A stretch of DNA of 64,000 bases from Bacillus subtilis subsp. subtilis str. 168 (GTDB lineage: Bacteria; Bacillota; Bacilli; Bacillales; Bacillaceae), in the NCBI RefSeq assembly GCF_000009045.1, contig NC_000964.3, positions 558,001 through 622,000 on the forward strand. The letters are read 5' to 3'. Position numbers and translations under genes: made by a program. Under the pieces are notes generated by a model. It was not told where the DNA came from. It made no database searches and saw only the letters and a program-made list of their open reading frames with translations. Positions 55,641 through 64,000 of the stretch are shown one piece after another (positions within the stretch are counted from its first letter, which is position 1; every line of letters starts with the position of its first letter).

Positions 55641-56849
55641 ATGCTGCACAATCCAACTGGAAAAGAACGCTTGGCACTAGCGTTTCTGCTCGGCATGCTT
55701 GCTATATTGGGCCCGCTTAATATAGATATGTATTTGCCAAGTTTTCCTGAAATCGCGAAAGATTTATCAGCAAGTGCTTCACTTGTTCAGTTAAGTTTAA
55801 CAGCCTGTCTGGTCGGGCTTACGATCGGCCAGCTGATTGTCGGGCCGGTCAGCGATGCGCAGGGAAGACGAAAACCGCTATTAATCTGTATTTTTTTATT
55901 TGCGTTATCTTCTCTGTTTTGTGCACTGTCGCCCAATATAACAACTTTAGTGGCTGCGCGTTTTTTACAAGGCTTCACTGCTTCTGCAGGGCTTGTGCTG
56001 TCTCGCGCAATCGTCCGCGATGTGTTTACCGGAAGAGAGCTTTCTAAATTTTTCTCGCTGTTAATGGTCATTACCGCGGTGGCGCCAATGGTTGCGCCTA
56101 TGACAGGCGGTGCCATTTTGCTTTTGCCGTTCGCAACGTGGCATACAATTTTTCACGTCTTAATGATCATCGGATTTTTACTAGTTCTTCTGATTGCATT
56201 GAGGTTAAAAGAAACGCTTCCGCTGGAAAAACGGATTCCAAGCTCAATCGGAACATCCGTCAAAACGATGGGCAGCCTGCTGAAGGATCGATCCTTTATG
56301 GGGTACGCGTTAACTGTCGGATTTATTCACGGGGGAAGCTTTGCATATGTGTCTGGTACGCCTTTTGTATACCAGGATATCTACGGGGTGTCTCCGCAGG
56401 TATTTAGTATTCTTTTTGGCATTAACGGGCTGGCGATTATATCGGGCAGCTTTATCATCGGACGCTTTGGCGGAATCATTCATGAAAAAAGCCTGCTTCG
56501 TATAGCGGTCATTACGGCTATGATTGCGACGGCTGTGCTATTAACCATGACCATGATTCACGGTCCTCTTGCTACATTAGTCATATCCATTTTCATTTAC
56601 ATGATTACGATCGGCATGGTTCTGACCAGCACGTTTACCCTAGCCATGGAAAAGCAGGGGCACCGCGCCGGAAGTGCAAGTGCGCTGCTTGGAATGCTTC
56701 CGCTGCTCCTCGGTTCAATCGTGTCACCGCTTGTAGGCATTAATGAGACAACAGCCGTTCCGATGGGAGCCATCATGTTTGTGACAGCTGTCATCGGCTC
56801 ACTGGCGTTTTTTGGATTAACGAAAGAACGAGTAGGGCAGAATTCATAA
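55641..56849 (+). CDS. ydgK: Bcr/CflA-family MFS drug:H+ antiporter
   Basis: IDMYLPSFP, GPVSDAQGRRKP, RAIVRD motifs. Confidence 0.93.
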   Translation: MLHNPTGKERLALAFLLGMLAILGPLNIDMYLPSFPEIAKDLSASASLVQLSLTACLVGLTIGQLIVGPVSDAQGRRKPLLICIFLFALSSLFCALSPNITTLVAARFLQGFTASAGLVLSRAIVRDVFTGRELSKFFSLLMVITAVAPMVAPMTGGAILLLPFATWHTIFHVLMIIGFLLVLLIALRLKETLPLEKRIPSSIGTSVKTMGSLLKDRSFMGYALTVGFIHGGSFAYVSGTPFVYQDIYGVSPQVFSILFGINGLAIISGSFIIGRFGGIIHEKSLLRIAVITAMIATAVLLTMTMIHGPLATLVISIFIYMITIGMVLTSTFTLAMEKQGHRAGSASALLGMLPLLLGSIVSPLVGINETTAVPMGAIMFVTAVIGSLAFFGLTKERVGQNS

Positions 56850-56877
56850 AAAAACCTGACATGACGTCAGGTTTTTT
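56849..56877. terminator. Bidirectional terminator between ydgK and ydhB
   Basis: AAAAAACCTGAC / GTCAGGTTTTTT stem. Confidence 0.8.
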
Positions 56878-56884
56878 GTTTTAT

Positions 56885-57622
56885 TTAGAATAACAACAGC
56901 AGGCCTGCAATCGCCGGAGTCAAAAAGATGGCTGATTTCAAAACCACCTTTGGCATGAGGTTGGTGAATTTCGCGCCTACATAGGCCCCGCACATTGTCC
57001 CGACCAGAACTTTGACAAGTAAAACGTAATCAACAAAACCTTCTGTAATATATCCGATGCCTCCACCTACAGCCAGAGGGATGATCACAAGCATCGTCGT
57101 TCCGACAGAATGGCGAATGGACAGATTCAGCATAATCATTAAACCGATTTGAATAAAAGGTGCCGACCCGATGCCGAATGTGCCGGAAAGAACGCCGGCT
57201 GCAATTCCTAAGATGACCGCTCTCGTATACGTTGAAAGAGTGCTTTGATTCACTTGAGCCTTCTCTTTTAAAATAAATAATCTGATTAAAATGAGAATTG
57301 CTGATAAAAATAACATTCCAGCCGTCAAATAATGAAGCAAATCAGCCGGAATAAAAGAAGTCAGCTTGGCGCCGAAAAATGAGCCAACCGCAGCAAAGCC
57401 TCCGACTATTAAGCCGATTTTCATTTGAATGTTACCCTCGCGATAGTGGCTGTATGCCCCTGATAAGCTTGTAAAAGCCATGCCGGCAAGCGAAGTGCCT
57501 AAAGCCGTATGAATCGGGATATGGAAAAGAAGCGTTAAAAGGGCAATGACAAAGCCGGCTCCACCGGCGCCAATAAAGCCTAAAATAATTCCTAGAAGAA
57601 ACATAACAAGAATAATGAGCAT
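56885..57622 (-). CDS. ydhB: TauE/SafE-family membrane exporter
   Basis: GAGGAG, HTALGTSLA, FGIGSAPF duplicated pattern. Confidence 0.88.
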   Translation of the reverse strand: MLIILVMFLLGIILGFIGAGGAGFVIALLTLLFHIPIHTALGTSLAGMAFTSLSGAYSHYREGNIQMKIGLIVGGFAAVGSFFGAKLTSFIPADLLHYLTAGMLFLSAILILIRLFILKEKAQVNQSTLSTYTRAVILGIAAGVLSGTFGIGSAPFIQIGLMIMLNLSIRHSVGTTMLVIIPLAVGGGIGYITEGFVDYVLLVKVLVGTMCGAYVGAKFTNLMPKVVLKSAIFLTPAIAGLLLLF

Positions 57623-57870
57623 ATTTTTTCCTCCATTGAAAAGATGTAAAAATGTAATCGTGCGCTATTCTGGCGGAGGTATGGTGTCCTATTGACGAAG
57701 AAAAACACGCCGTTTTTTCAGTTGCCAGTAGTCCGTCGACCGTCGTTCAGCAAACATATCGTACCTCAAATTCAGGGATCTGACAAGGCAGTTTGTTGCT
57801 TCCCATTACCATCTGTTATATGATTTTGATGAAGAAAAGCCCTTGAATATATTCAAAAGAGGTATTATAT

Positions 57871-58545
57871 ATGGACGATTTTAAATTAGATAAGCCGACT
57901 CCCTACTACCTGCAATTTTATAACCAGCTAAAAAAAATGATCTTCAACGGGACTTTTAAGCCTGGGGAACGGATAAACGAAACACAGCTGGCGAAAAGCT
58001 TTGGCGTCAGCCGCTCTCCGATAAGGGAAGCCATGCGATTGCTTGAGAAAGATGGTTTGTTAAAAGCGGATGACCGAAATGGGTTTTCGATCACGTCGTT
58101 AACGGCAAAAGATGTAGATGAGATTTATAAAATCAGAATTCCGCTGGAGCAGCTGGCAGTCGAATTAGTCATAGACGAAGCGGACGAAGAAGAGCTGACC
58201 ATACTCGAAAAACAGCTTGAAGAAACAGAGAAAGCGATTCACAACGGCACGGAAGATACAGAAATCATTCGTTTAAACCAAAAATTTCATGAGCTGCTGG
58301 TTGATTTCAGCCATAACAGACATTTGAAAAATTTGCTTGAGCATGTAAATGACCTGATTCATTTTTGCAGAATCCTTAATTATACCGGCGACCACCGCGC
58401 AGAAACGATACTGCGTGAGCACCGCAGGATATTTGAAGAAGTGAAAAAGAAAAACAAAGAAGCAGCCAAACAACATGTGCTGGCTCATTTCAATCATGAC
58501 TGTGAGCATTTGAAGCATGTGCTTGAAGAAGGTAAAGAGAATTGA
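57871..58545 (+). CDS. ydhC: GntR-family (FadR/FCD) regulator
   Basis: GERINETQLA..GVSRSPIREA, NQKFHE, EHRRI. Confidence 0.93.
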   Translation: MDDFKLDKPTPYYLQFYNQLKKMIFNGTFKPGERINETQLAKSFGVSRSPIREAMRLLEKDGLLKADDRNGFSITSLTAKDVDEIYKIRIPLEQLAVELVIDEADEEELTILEKQLEETEKAIHNGTEDTEIIRLNQKFHELLVDFSHNRHLKNLLEHVNDLIHFCRILNYTGDHRAETILREHRRIFEEVKKKNKEAAKQHVLAHFNHDCEHLKHVLEEGKEN

Positions 58546-58559
58546 TTTGTATGATCCGG

Positions 58560-58593
58560 TACCAAGGGAGAGCAGAACCCTTGGTATTTTTTT
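58560..58593. repeat. Palindromic element copy 4 (TACCAAGGG-AGAGCAGAA-CCCTTGGTATTTTTTT), probable ydhC terminator
   Basis: Same stem as copies 1-3; 15 nt after the ydhC stop. Confidence 0.8.
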
Positions 58594-58671
58594 ATGTATT
58601 CACCACATATCTAAGAGGCCCCGTTAATAAGATTTTATGATGGTTTGACTAACGAATAATGGGGGTTAAAT

Positions 58672-59934
58672 ATGTTTATCCATATCGTCGGGCCTGGTGA
58701 TTCTTTGTTTTCGATAGGCAGAAGATACGGTGCTTCTGTTGATCAAATACGGGGTGTGAATGGTTTAGATGAAACGAATATCGTGCCGGGGCAGGCTCTG
58801 CTTATCCCTCTTTATGTATATACAGTCCAGCCGAGAGATACGCTTACCGCCATTGCAGCTAAAGCGTTTGTGCCATTAGAGCGACTGCGAGCGGCCAATC
58901 CGGGCATCAGCCCAAATGCTTTACAAGCGGGAGCAAAAATAACGATTCCTTCGATCTCAAATTACATTGCGGGAACGTTAAGTTTTTATGTGCTCCGAAA
59001 CCCAGACCTCGATCGGGAATTAATCAATGATTATGCGCCATACTCGTCTTCGATTTCAATTTTCGAATACCATATTGCACCGAACGGCGACATTGCAAAC
59101 CAATTGAATGATGCGGCCGCTATTGAGACAACTTGGCAAAGACGAGTCACGCCGCTGGCAACAATAACGAACCTTACATCAGGAGGCTTCAGTACGGAGA
59201 TTGTTCACCAAGTGCTAAACAATCCGACAGCGAGAACCAATCTGGTCAACAACATTTATGACTTAGTTTCCACAAGGGGATATGGCGGTGTCACAATCGA
59301 TTTTGAGCAGGTGAGCGCCGCGGATCGCGATCTTTTCACTGGATTTTTACGCCAGCTGAGAGATCGACTTCAGGCGGGAGGGTATGTGCTGACGATAGCT
59401 GTTCCTGCAAAAACAAGTGATAATATCCCATGGCTGAGGGGCTACGATTACGGGGGGATAGGAGCGGTTGTCAATTATATGTTTATCATGGCTTATGATT
59501 GGCATCATGCGGGAAGTGAGCCGGGTCCTGTAGCGCCGATTACTGAAATAAGGAGAACCATTGAGTTTACGATTGCGCAGGTGCCGAGCAGAAAAATCAT
59601 TATCGGAGTCCCGCTCTACGGGTACGACTGGATCATCCCGTACCAGCCGGGCACAGTTGCTTCAGCGATTTCAAATCAAAACGCAATCGAAAGAGCGATG
59701 AGGTACCAAGCCCCGATACAATATTCAGCCGAATATCAATCACCGTTTTTCCGGTACAGTGATCAGCAGGGGCGGACGCATGAGGTATGGTTTGAGGATG
59801 TCAGAAGCATGAGCCGGAAGATGCAGATCGTCCGTGAATACAGATTGCAGGCTATTGGCGCTTGGCAGTTAACGCTGGGCTTTACGCCGGGCCCATGGCT
59901 TCTGCGGAAATTTTTTACGATCAGAAAAGTGTAA
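58672..59934 (+). CDS. ydhD: Spore LysM + GH18 glycoside hydrolase
   Basis: Two LysM domains, GVTIDFE GH18 motif, IMAYDW, HEVWFED. Confidence 0.93.
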   Translation: MFIHIVGPGDSLFSIGRRYGASVDQIRGVNGLDETNIVPGQALLIPLYVYTVQPRDTLTAIAAKAFVPLERLRAANPGISPNALQAGAKITIPSISNYIAGTLSFYVLRNPDLDRELINDYAPYSSSISIFEYHIAPNGDIANQLNDAAAIETTWQRRVTPLATITNLTSGGFSTEIVHQVLNNPTARTNLVNNIYDLVSTRGYGGVTIDFEQVSAADRDLFTGFLRQLRDRLQAGGYVLTIAVPAKTSDNIPWLRGYDYGGIGAVVNYMFIMAYDWHHAGSEPGPVAPITEIRRTIEFTIAQVPSRKIIIGVPLYGYDWIIPYQPGTVASAISNQNAIERAMRYQAPIQYSAEYQSPFFRYSDQQGRTHEVWFEDVRSMSRKMQIVREYRLQAIGAWQLTLGFTPGPWLLRKFFTIRKV

Positions 59935-59967
59935 AAAAAGACACCAGAGCTTGGGTGTCTTTTTTTT
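59934..59967 (+). terminator. ydhD terminator
   Basis: AAAAAAGACACC / GGTGTCTTTTTT stem. Confidence 0.75.
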
Positions 59968-60094
59968 GATTAAGTCCAGAGCAGCAGAATAGTTCATTCA
60001 TTTGTACCTTGCATGGGTTGTGTTCCCATTTTACGATTAGTAGTAGTCTGATCAAACAAAGAGTCAGAATACGATTTGAGAGGGAGTTGTCTAC

Positions 60095-61282
60095 ATGAAG
60101 ACAGTATTGATTTTGAATTTTCCTGCGGAAGGCCATGTGAATCCTACTTTAGGCATTACGAAAGCGTTTTCCGATAAGGGATATGATGTCCATTATATAT
60201 CCACTGAAAAATATAAAAAACGATTAGAAGCAGCGGGAGCAACGGTCCATCTTCACCGGGATCTGCTGCGAACGACACCTATTCATGTCGGTTCGCCCAA
60301 TGGCATTCTTGATTTCGTGAAAATCCATATCAAAACGTCATTGGACATTTTACAGATTGTCAAAGACTTATCTAAGAGCATTCAATTTGATTTTGTTTAT
60401 TATGATAAATTCGGCGCGGGGGAATTGGTGAGGGATTACTTAGATATTCCAGGGGTCTCTTCATCGGCGTCTTTCCTGTTTGGCGAGGAGCATCTGAAAA
60501 TCCTGCCGCTGCATCCGGAGTCTGGAGCGCCGCTTGAATTGGATCAAGAGTGCGAAGACCTTTTGGCAAAAATGAAAGAAACGTACGGTGTTGCCCCGAA
60601 AAACCTGGTTCAATTCATGAACAATAAAGGGGAATTGAACGTAGTGTATACAAGCCGTTATTTTCAGCCAGAAAGTGATCGTTTCGGGGATGAATGTCTA
60701 TTTATCGGGCCGAGCTTTCCAAAGAGAGCGGAAAAAACAGATTTCCCGATTGAACAGCTAAAAGATGAGAAGGTCATTTATATTTCAATGGGGACTGTAC
60801 TGGATCATACAGAGGATTTCTTCAACCTTTGTATTGATGCATTTTCAGGCTTTAACGGAAAAGTCGTCATCGCTGCCGGAGAAAAAGCGGACCTGACCAA
60901 ATTAAAGCAGGCGCCGGAAAACTTTATCATTGCTCCGTATGTCCCTCAGCTGGAAGTGCTGGAGCAATCGGATGTTTTCATTACACACGGCGGAATGAAC
61001 AGCGTAAACGAAGGCATTCATTTCAGCGTGCCACTGGTTGTCATGCCTCATGACAAGGATCAGCCGATGGTGGCGCAGCGTCTCTCTGAACTCCATGCAG
61101 GCTATGTCATCTCTAAAGATGAAGTCAATGCCCAAATATTAAAACAGGCCGTAGATGAGGTTTTGCGCAACGATCAGTATACGGCAGGCATTAAAAAAAT
61201 CAATCAAAGCTTCAAAGAATGTATGGACATGGAAGAAGTGATGGAGCGGATTGATGAGTTGATTCGCCAAAAAAACAAATAA
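60095..61282 (+). CDS. ydhE: GT1 UDP-glycosyltransferase (macrolide-GT/YjiC-like)
   Basis: EGHVNPTL, YVPQLEVL..DVFITHGGMNSVNEG..P..DQ PSPG-like motif. Confidence 0.93.
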   Translation: MKTVLILNFPAEGHVNPTLGITKAFSDKGYDVHYISTEKYKKRLEAAGATVHLHRDLLRTTPIHVGSPNGILDFVKIHIKTSLDILQIVKDLSKSIQFDFVYYDKFGAGELVRDYLDIPGVSSSASFLFGEEHLKILPLHPESGAPLELDQECEDLLAKMKETYGVAPKNLVQFMNNKGELNVVYTSRYFQPESDRFGDECLFIGPSFPKRAEKTDFPIEQLKDEKVIYISMGTVLDHTEDFFNLCIDAFSGFNGKVVIAAGEKADLTKLKQAPENFIIAPYVPQLEVLEQSDVFITHGGMNSVNEGIHFSVPLVVMPHDKDQPMVAQRLSELHAGYVISKDEVNAQILKQAVDEVLRNDQYTAGIKKINQSFKECMDMEEVMERIDELIRQKNK

Positions 61283-61286
61283 GAAA

Positions 61287-61317
61287 AAGAACTCCCGTAC
61301 CTTGTACGGGAGTTCTT
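61287..61317. terminator. Bidirectional terminator between ydhE and ydhF
   Basis: AAGAACTCCCGTAC / GTACGGGAGTTCTT 14-bp stem. Confidence 0.82.
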
Positions 61318-61320
61318 GAT

Positions 61321-62031
61321 TTAAAACTTGATTTTGATTTTTTGAGCATCACTGATTTTCTTATGGTTATGGTCAAAGACGTCACTTGTCGTGATTTCGA
61401 TCCACTTGATCTCTTTTGTTTTCTTCTCAGCATCCGCGGCCTTATCATGAGCATGGCCGCTTGATGCGTTCACAATAAAGCCGAGATTTCCGGACTTTTC
61501 GGCGCCGCCTTCCAATTCGCCGTTTAACTCTTCAAGATAAATATCTTTGTTCCAATCAAAGGTTTCACCCGTATTTGTTTTCATCAATGCAATCGGCGCA
61601 ACATTTACTTTTTTTGTAGAGGTGTTCTTGATATCAACGAAAACCTTAACGAAATCAAACTCTTCATCGTGTGTTAACTCATGAAAGTAATCAATCATGC
61701 TGTAGTCCGGGCGCAAGTGGATCAGCTTCATTTCTTTTACTGTTAACTCCACGTCGCCAATTTTATAGGTTTTGTTCACTTGTTTGATATCTTTTAAGAC
61801 AGCTTTTCCTTTATCATCTGAAAACGTTTGGCCGACCTTATGCAATGTCCGGTCATCAGTTACCTGGGAATTAGGCTGATAATCATCTGTGCTGTCCTTC
61901 TGGGATGAAGTGCTTTGCGGCTCAGCTTTTACTGTTTTCTCCCCGCCTGCATGCTGTTTTTCAGTACTGGCGTTTGATGAGCAGCCCGCAAGCATGATAG
62001 CAAAAACGAGAATTGAAAGAATTCTTCTCAT
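61321..62031 (-). CDS. ydhF: Lipoprotein co-transcribed with phoB
   Basis: Lipobox LAGC; ATG 62031 behind GGAGG. Confidence 0.9.
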   Translation of the reverse strand: MRRILSILVFAIMLAGCSSNASTEKQHAGGEKTVKAEPQSTSSQKDSTDDYQPNSQVTDDRTLHKVGQTFSDDKGKAVLKDIKQVNKTYKIGDVELTVKEMKLIHLRPDYSMIDYFHELTHDEEFDFVKVFVDIKNTSTKKVNVAPIALMKTNTGETFDWNKDIYLEELNGELEGGAEKSGNLGFIVNASSGHAHDKAADAEKKTKEIKWIEITTSDVFDHNHKKISDAQKIKIKF

Positions 62032-62096
62032 GATGATTCCTCCATTAAAAAGAGATCCCGTTACTTCATACAAGCAACGGGACACCTTGTATTCTT

Positions 62097-63485
62097 TTAC
62101 TTATCGTTAATCTTAATGTTGTATTGTAAAGCCTTGAAAACATTTTTGGCGATTTCTGTATTGTCGATTTGGCCGGCAAATGTCTCACTAGACGGACCGT
62201 ATGCATAGACGGGAACATCTTCACCGGTATGTCCGCCTGTTGTCCATCCAGTGTGAGAGCGTTTATTAAAGATGTTCTCGATTGCGTTATCGATATCCAG
62301 TACTTCCTTCGATTTTGCCGCTTCTTCAACAGATTGAATTTCGGCTTTTGTTAAAGCCAATTTCTTTTGATCGATATATGTTTTCAACGTTTTTTCAACA
62401 TCCGCGCCGTCAGCGATCTTTTCTGCCATAAAGTCTGGTGTGCGCTTTGCGGCTTTAATGGGTTCACTGAACCAGTTGTAGATGCCGTCCGCACCGATGG
62501 AATATCCGCCGGTTGAGTGGTCAGCCGTTGCGACAACCAATGTGTGCTTGTCTTTTTTAGCGAAATCAATAGCCGCCTTATAAGCTTGTTCGAAGTCTTC
62601 CATCTCGCTCATGGCGCCAACGATATCATTGTCATGGCCCGCCCAGTCAATCTGGCTGCCTTCCACCATGAGGAAGAATCCGTCTTTATCCTTGTTTAAT
62701 TTTTTAATGGCTGTGTTTGTCATATCTTTAAGTGATGGAATATCCTTCGTACGGTCAATCTTTTTAGGCAGGCCGCCGTCAGCGAATAGGCCGAGAACTT
62801 GGCTGTCTTTGTTTTTCAGCATGTCCTTGCGATCATCCACGTAGCTGTACCCCGCCTTTTTGAATTCCTTAATCAAATTACGGTCCTTACGGTCAAAATT
62901 GCTCTTTCCTCCGCCTAGAAGGACATCAATTTTGTGCTTGCCGTTGACCATCTCATCAAAATAATCATCCGCAATTGAGTTCATATTTTTTCGGCTGTGG
63001 TCGTGTGAACCAAAAGAGGCCGGAGTGGCGTGTGTAATTTCTGAAGTGGCCACAAGTCCTGTTGCTTTTCCTTTTTCTTTCGCAGCTTCAAGCACCGTTT
63101 TGGCTTCTGACCCGTCGTTATCAACGGCTATGGCATTATTGTATGTTTTAATTCCCGCAGACATAGCCGTTGCCGCCGCTGCAGAATCCGTTACATTTTG
63201 TTCAGGATCATCGGGGTAAGTTGTTTGCTGGCCGACAAGATACTGATCAAAAGCCGTAGGCTCCACAACTTTTGTCTTTTTATTATCCTTTAAGTATCGA
63301 TAAGCAGACGTATAAGACACACCCATACCATCACCAATCAGAACAATAACATTTTTAATTTCGTCTTGGTTCCCCTTTTTCTTTTCCTGGGCGCTGGCTT
63401 CAGGCACACTGCCGCTGGCTAAGCTGCTGAACGCAATTGATGATAAAACCGCGATAGGCAGTAATTTCTTCGGGAATTTTTTCAA
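62097..63485 (-). CDS. phoB: Alkaline phosphatase III
   Basis: IGDGMG, VTDSAAAATA (catalytic Ser), EITHATPA, EGSQIDWAGHDND, TADH, GHTGEDV. Confidence 0.97.
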   Translation of the reverse strand: MKKFPKKLLPIAVLSSIAFSSLASGSVPEASAQEKKKGNQDEIKNVIVLIGDGMGVSYTSAYRYLKDNKKTKVVEPTAFDQYLVGQQTTYPDDPEQNVTDSAAAATAMSAGIKTYNNAIAVDNDGSEAKTVLEAAKEKGKATGLVATSEITHATPASFGSHDHSRKNMNSIADDYFDEMVNGKHKIDVLLGGGKSNFDRKDRNLIKEFKKAGYSYVDDRKDMLKNKDSQVLGLFADGGLPKKIDRTKDIPSLKDMTNTAIKKLNKDKDGFFLMVEGSQIDWAGHDNDIVGAMSEMEDFEQAYKAAIDFAKKDKHTLVVATADHSTGGYSIGADGIYNWFSEPIKAAKRTPDFMAEKIADGADVEKTLKTYIDQKKLALTKAEIQSVEEAAKSKEVLDIDNAIENIFNKRSHTGWTTGGHTGEDVPVYAYGPSSETFAGQIDNTEIAKNVFKALQYNIKINDK

Positions 63486-63528
63486 CTGGATAACCTCCTA
63501 AATATAGATGAATCTCAATGACAACCCA

Positions 63529-63582
63529 ATTATATTTTTAAACTGTTAAGCTAGTATTAATCGATTTTAAAGATTGGATTTA
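63529..63582 (-). promoter_or_regulatory. phoB promoter with PhoP-type TT(A/T)ACA repeats
   Basis: TAAATC / TTTAAA / TTAATA / TTAACA at 11-bp period upstream of TATAAT 63529-34. Confidence 0.75.
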
Positions 63583-63846
63583 CAAGAATAATGAACTGGC
63601 ACCCTTAAATAATGGTTATTCTTTTATGAGAAGTTTTAGAAGGAAAGAGCGATAGTACTAAAGAAATAAATTGGAGGAATAGATACTGGCCGTGGATAGG
63701 CGGACTGAAATCTGCTATAGTCGCATAGAAGCAACCCGCTTACATCTTGAACAATTTAAAGTATTACGTTGGAAAGAGGTATTGTGTAAGCACATGTCTG
63801 AGCAGTTCATATGGAGTGGCATCATTTTATTTTAGGAGGGAACAAC

Positions 63847-64000
63847 ATGGACGTTTTTTCTGAGTACTTAGCGGGGATTGCTGACCCGTTCCACCGAGAA
63901 AGAACGGAAGAGGTGTTAACTTGGATAAAAAATAAATATCCAAATTTACATACAGAAATAAAATGGAATCAGCCGATGTTTACGGATCACGGTACATTTA
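63847..64000 (+). CDS. fra: 5' part of DUF1801 frataxin-like iron chaperone (runs off the window)
   Basis: [11 protein letters not shown]...[22 protein letters not shown]. Confidence 0.88.
   Translation, partial: MDVFSEYLAGIADPFHRERTEEVLTWIKNKYPNLHTEIKWNQPMFTDHGTF

Noticed and set aside
5535-58593. The repeated palindromes as a CRISPR array or as GabR (ATACCA) operators
   Set aside because: Copies are kilobases apart with no spacers or cas genes, and all sit at gene 3' ends with U-tracts rather than at promoters

Overview
This is Bacillus subtilis chromosome: gene content and order match my recollection of the strain-168 ydeA-to-fra(ydhG) interval (about 558-622 kb), judged without a database. 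No rRNA, tRNA, CRISPR array, integrase or intact transposase was seen. The left part is visibly AT-rich with long intergenic gaps and gene remnants. Most of the window is a string of small 'regulator + transporter/detox enzyme' cassettes (AraC, MocR/GabR x3, HxlR x2, TetR x2, ArsR-like x2, MerR, MarR x2, GntR, one two-component system). It also holds a decaying arsenic locus (aseR-aseA plus collapsed arsC and arsN1-like pseudogenes), the MhqR-controlled mhqNOP operon, the Mn exporter mneP, a sporulation cluster (four GerPA/PF-like peptides, cotP, two YetF paralogs and a probably overlooked membrane protein), vmlR with its attenuator, dinB with a LexA box, and phoB-ydhF. Best leads: (1) a copy of the YdfI box with the same promoter geometry as ydfJ pointing at two microproteins (ydzQ-ydzP) divergent from ydfHIJ; (2) a perfect 17-bp hairpin that buries the SD of the CarD-like gene ydeB, next to cspC and a candidate ~75-nt sRNA; (3) a family of four related ATACCAAGGG-loop-CCCTTGGTAT palindromes at cassette borders, two nearly identical including the loop; (4) a shared HxlR-type box at an identical 21-nt distance from the -10 of ydeN and ydeQ.
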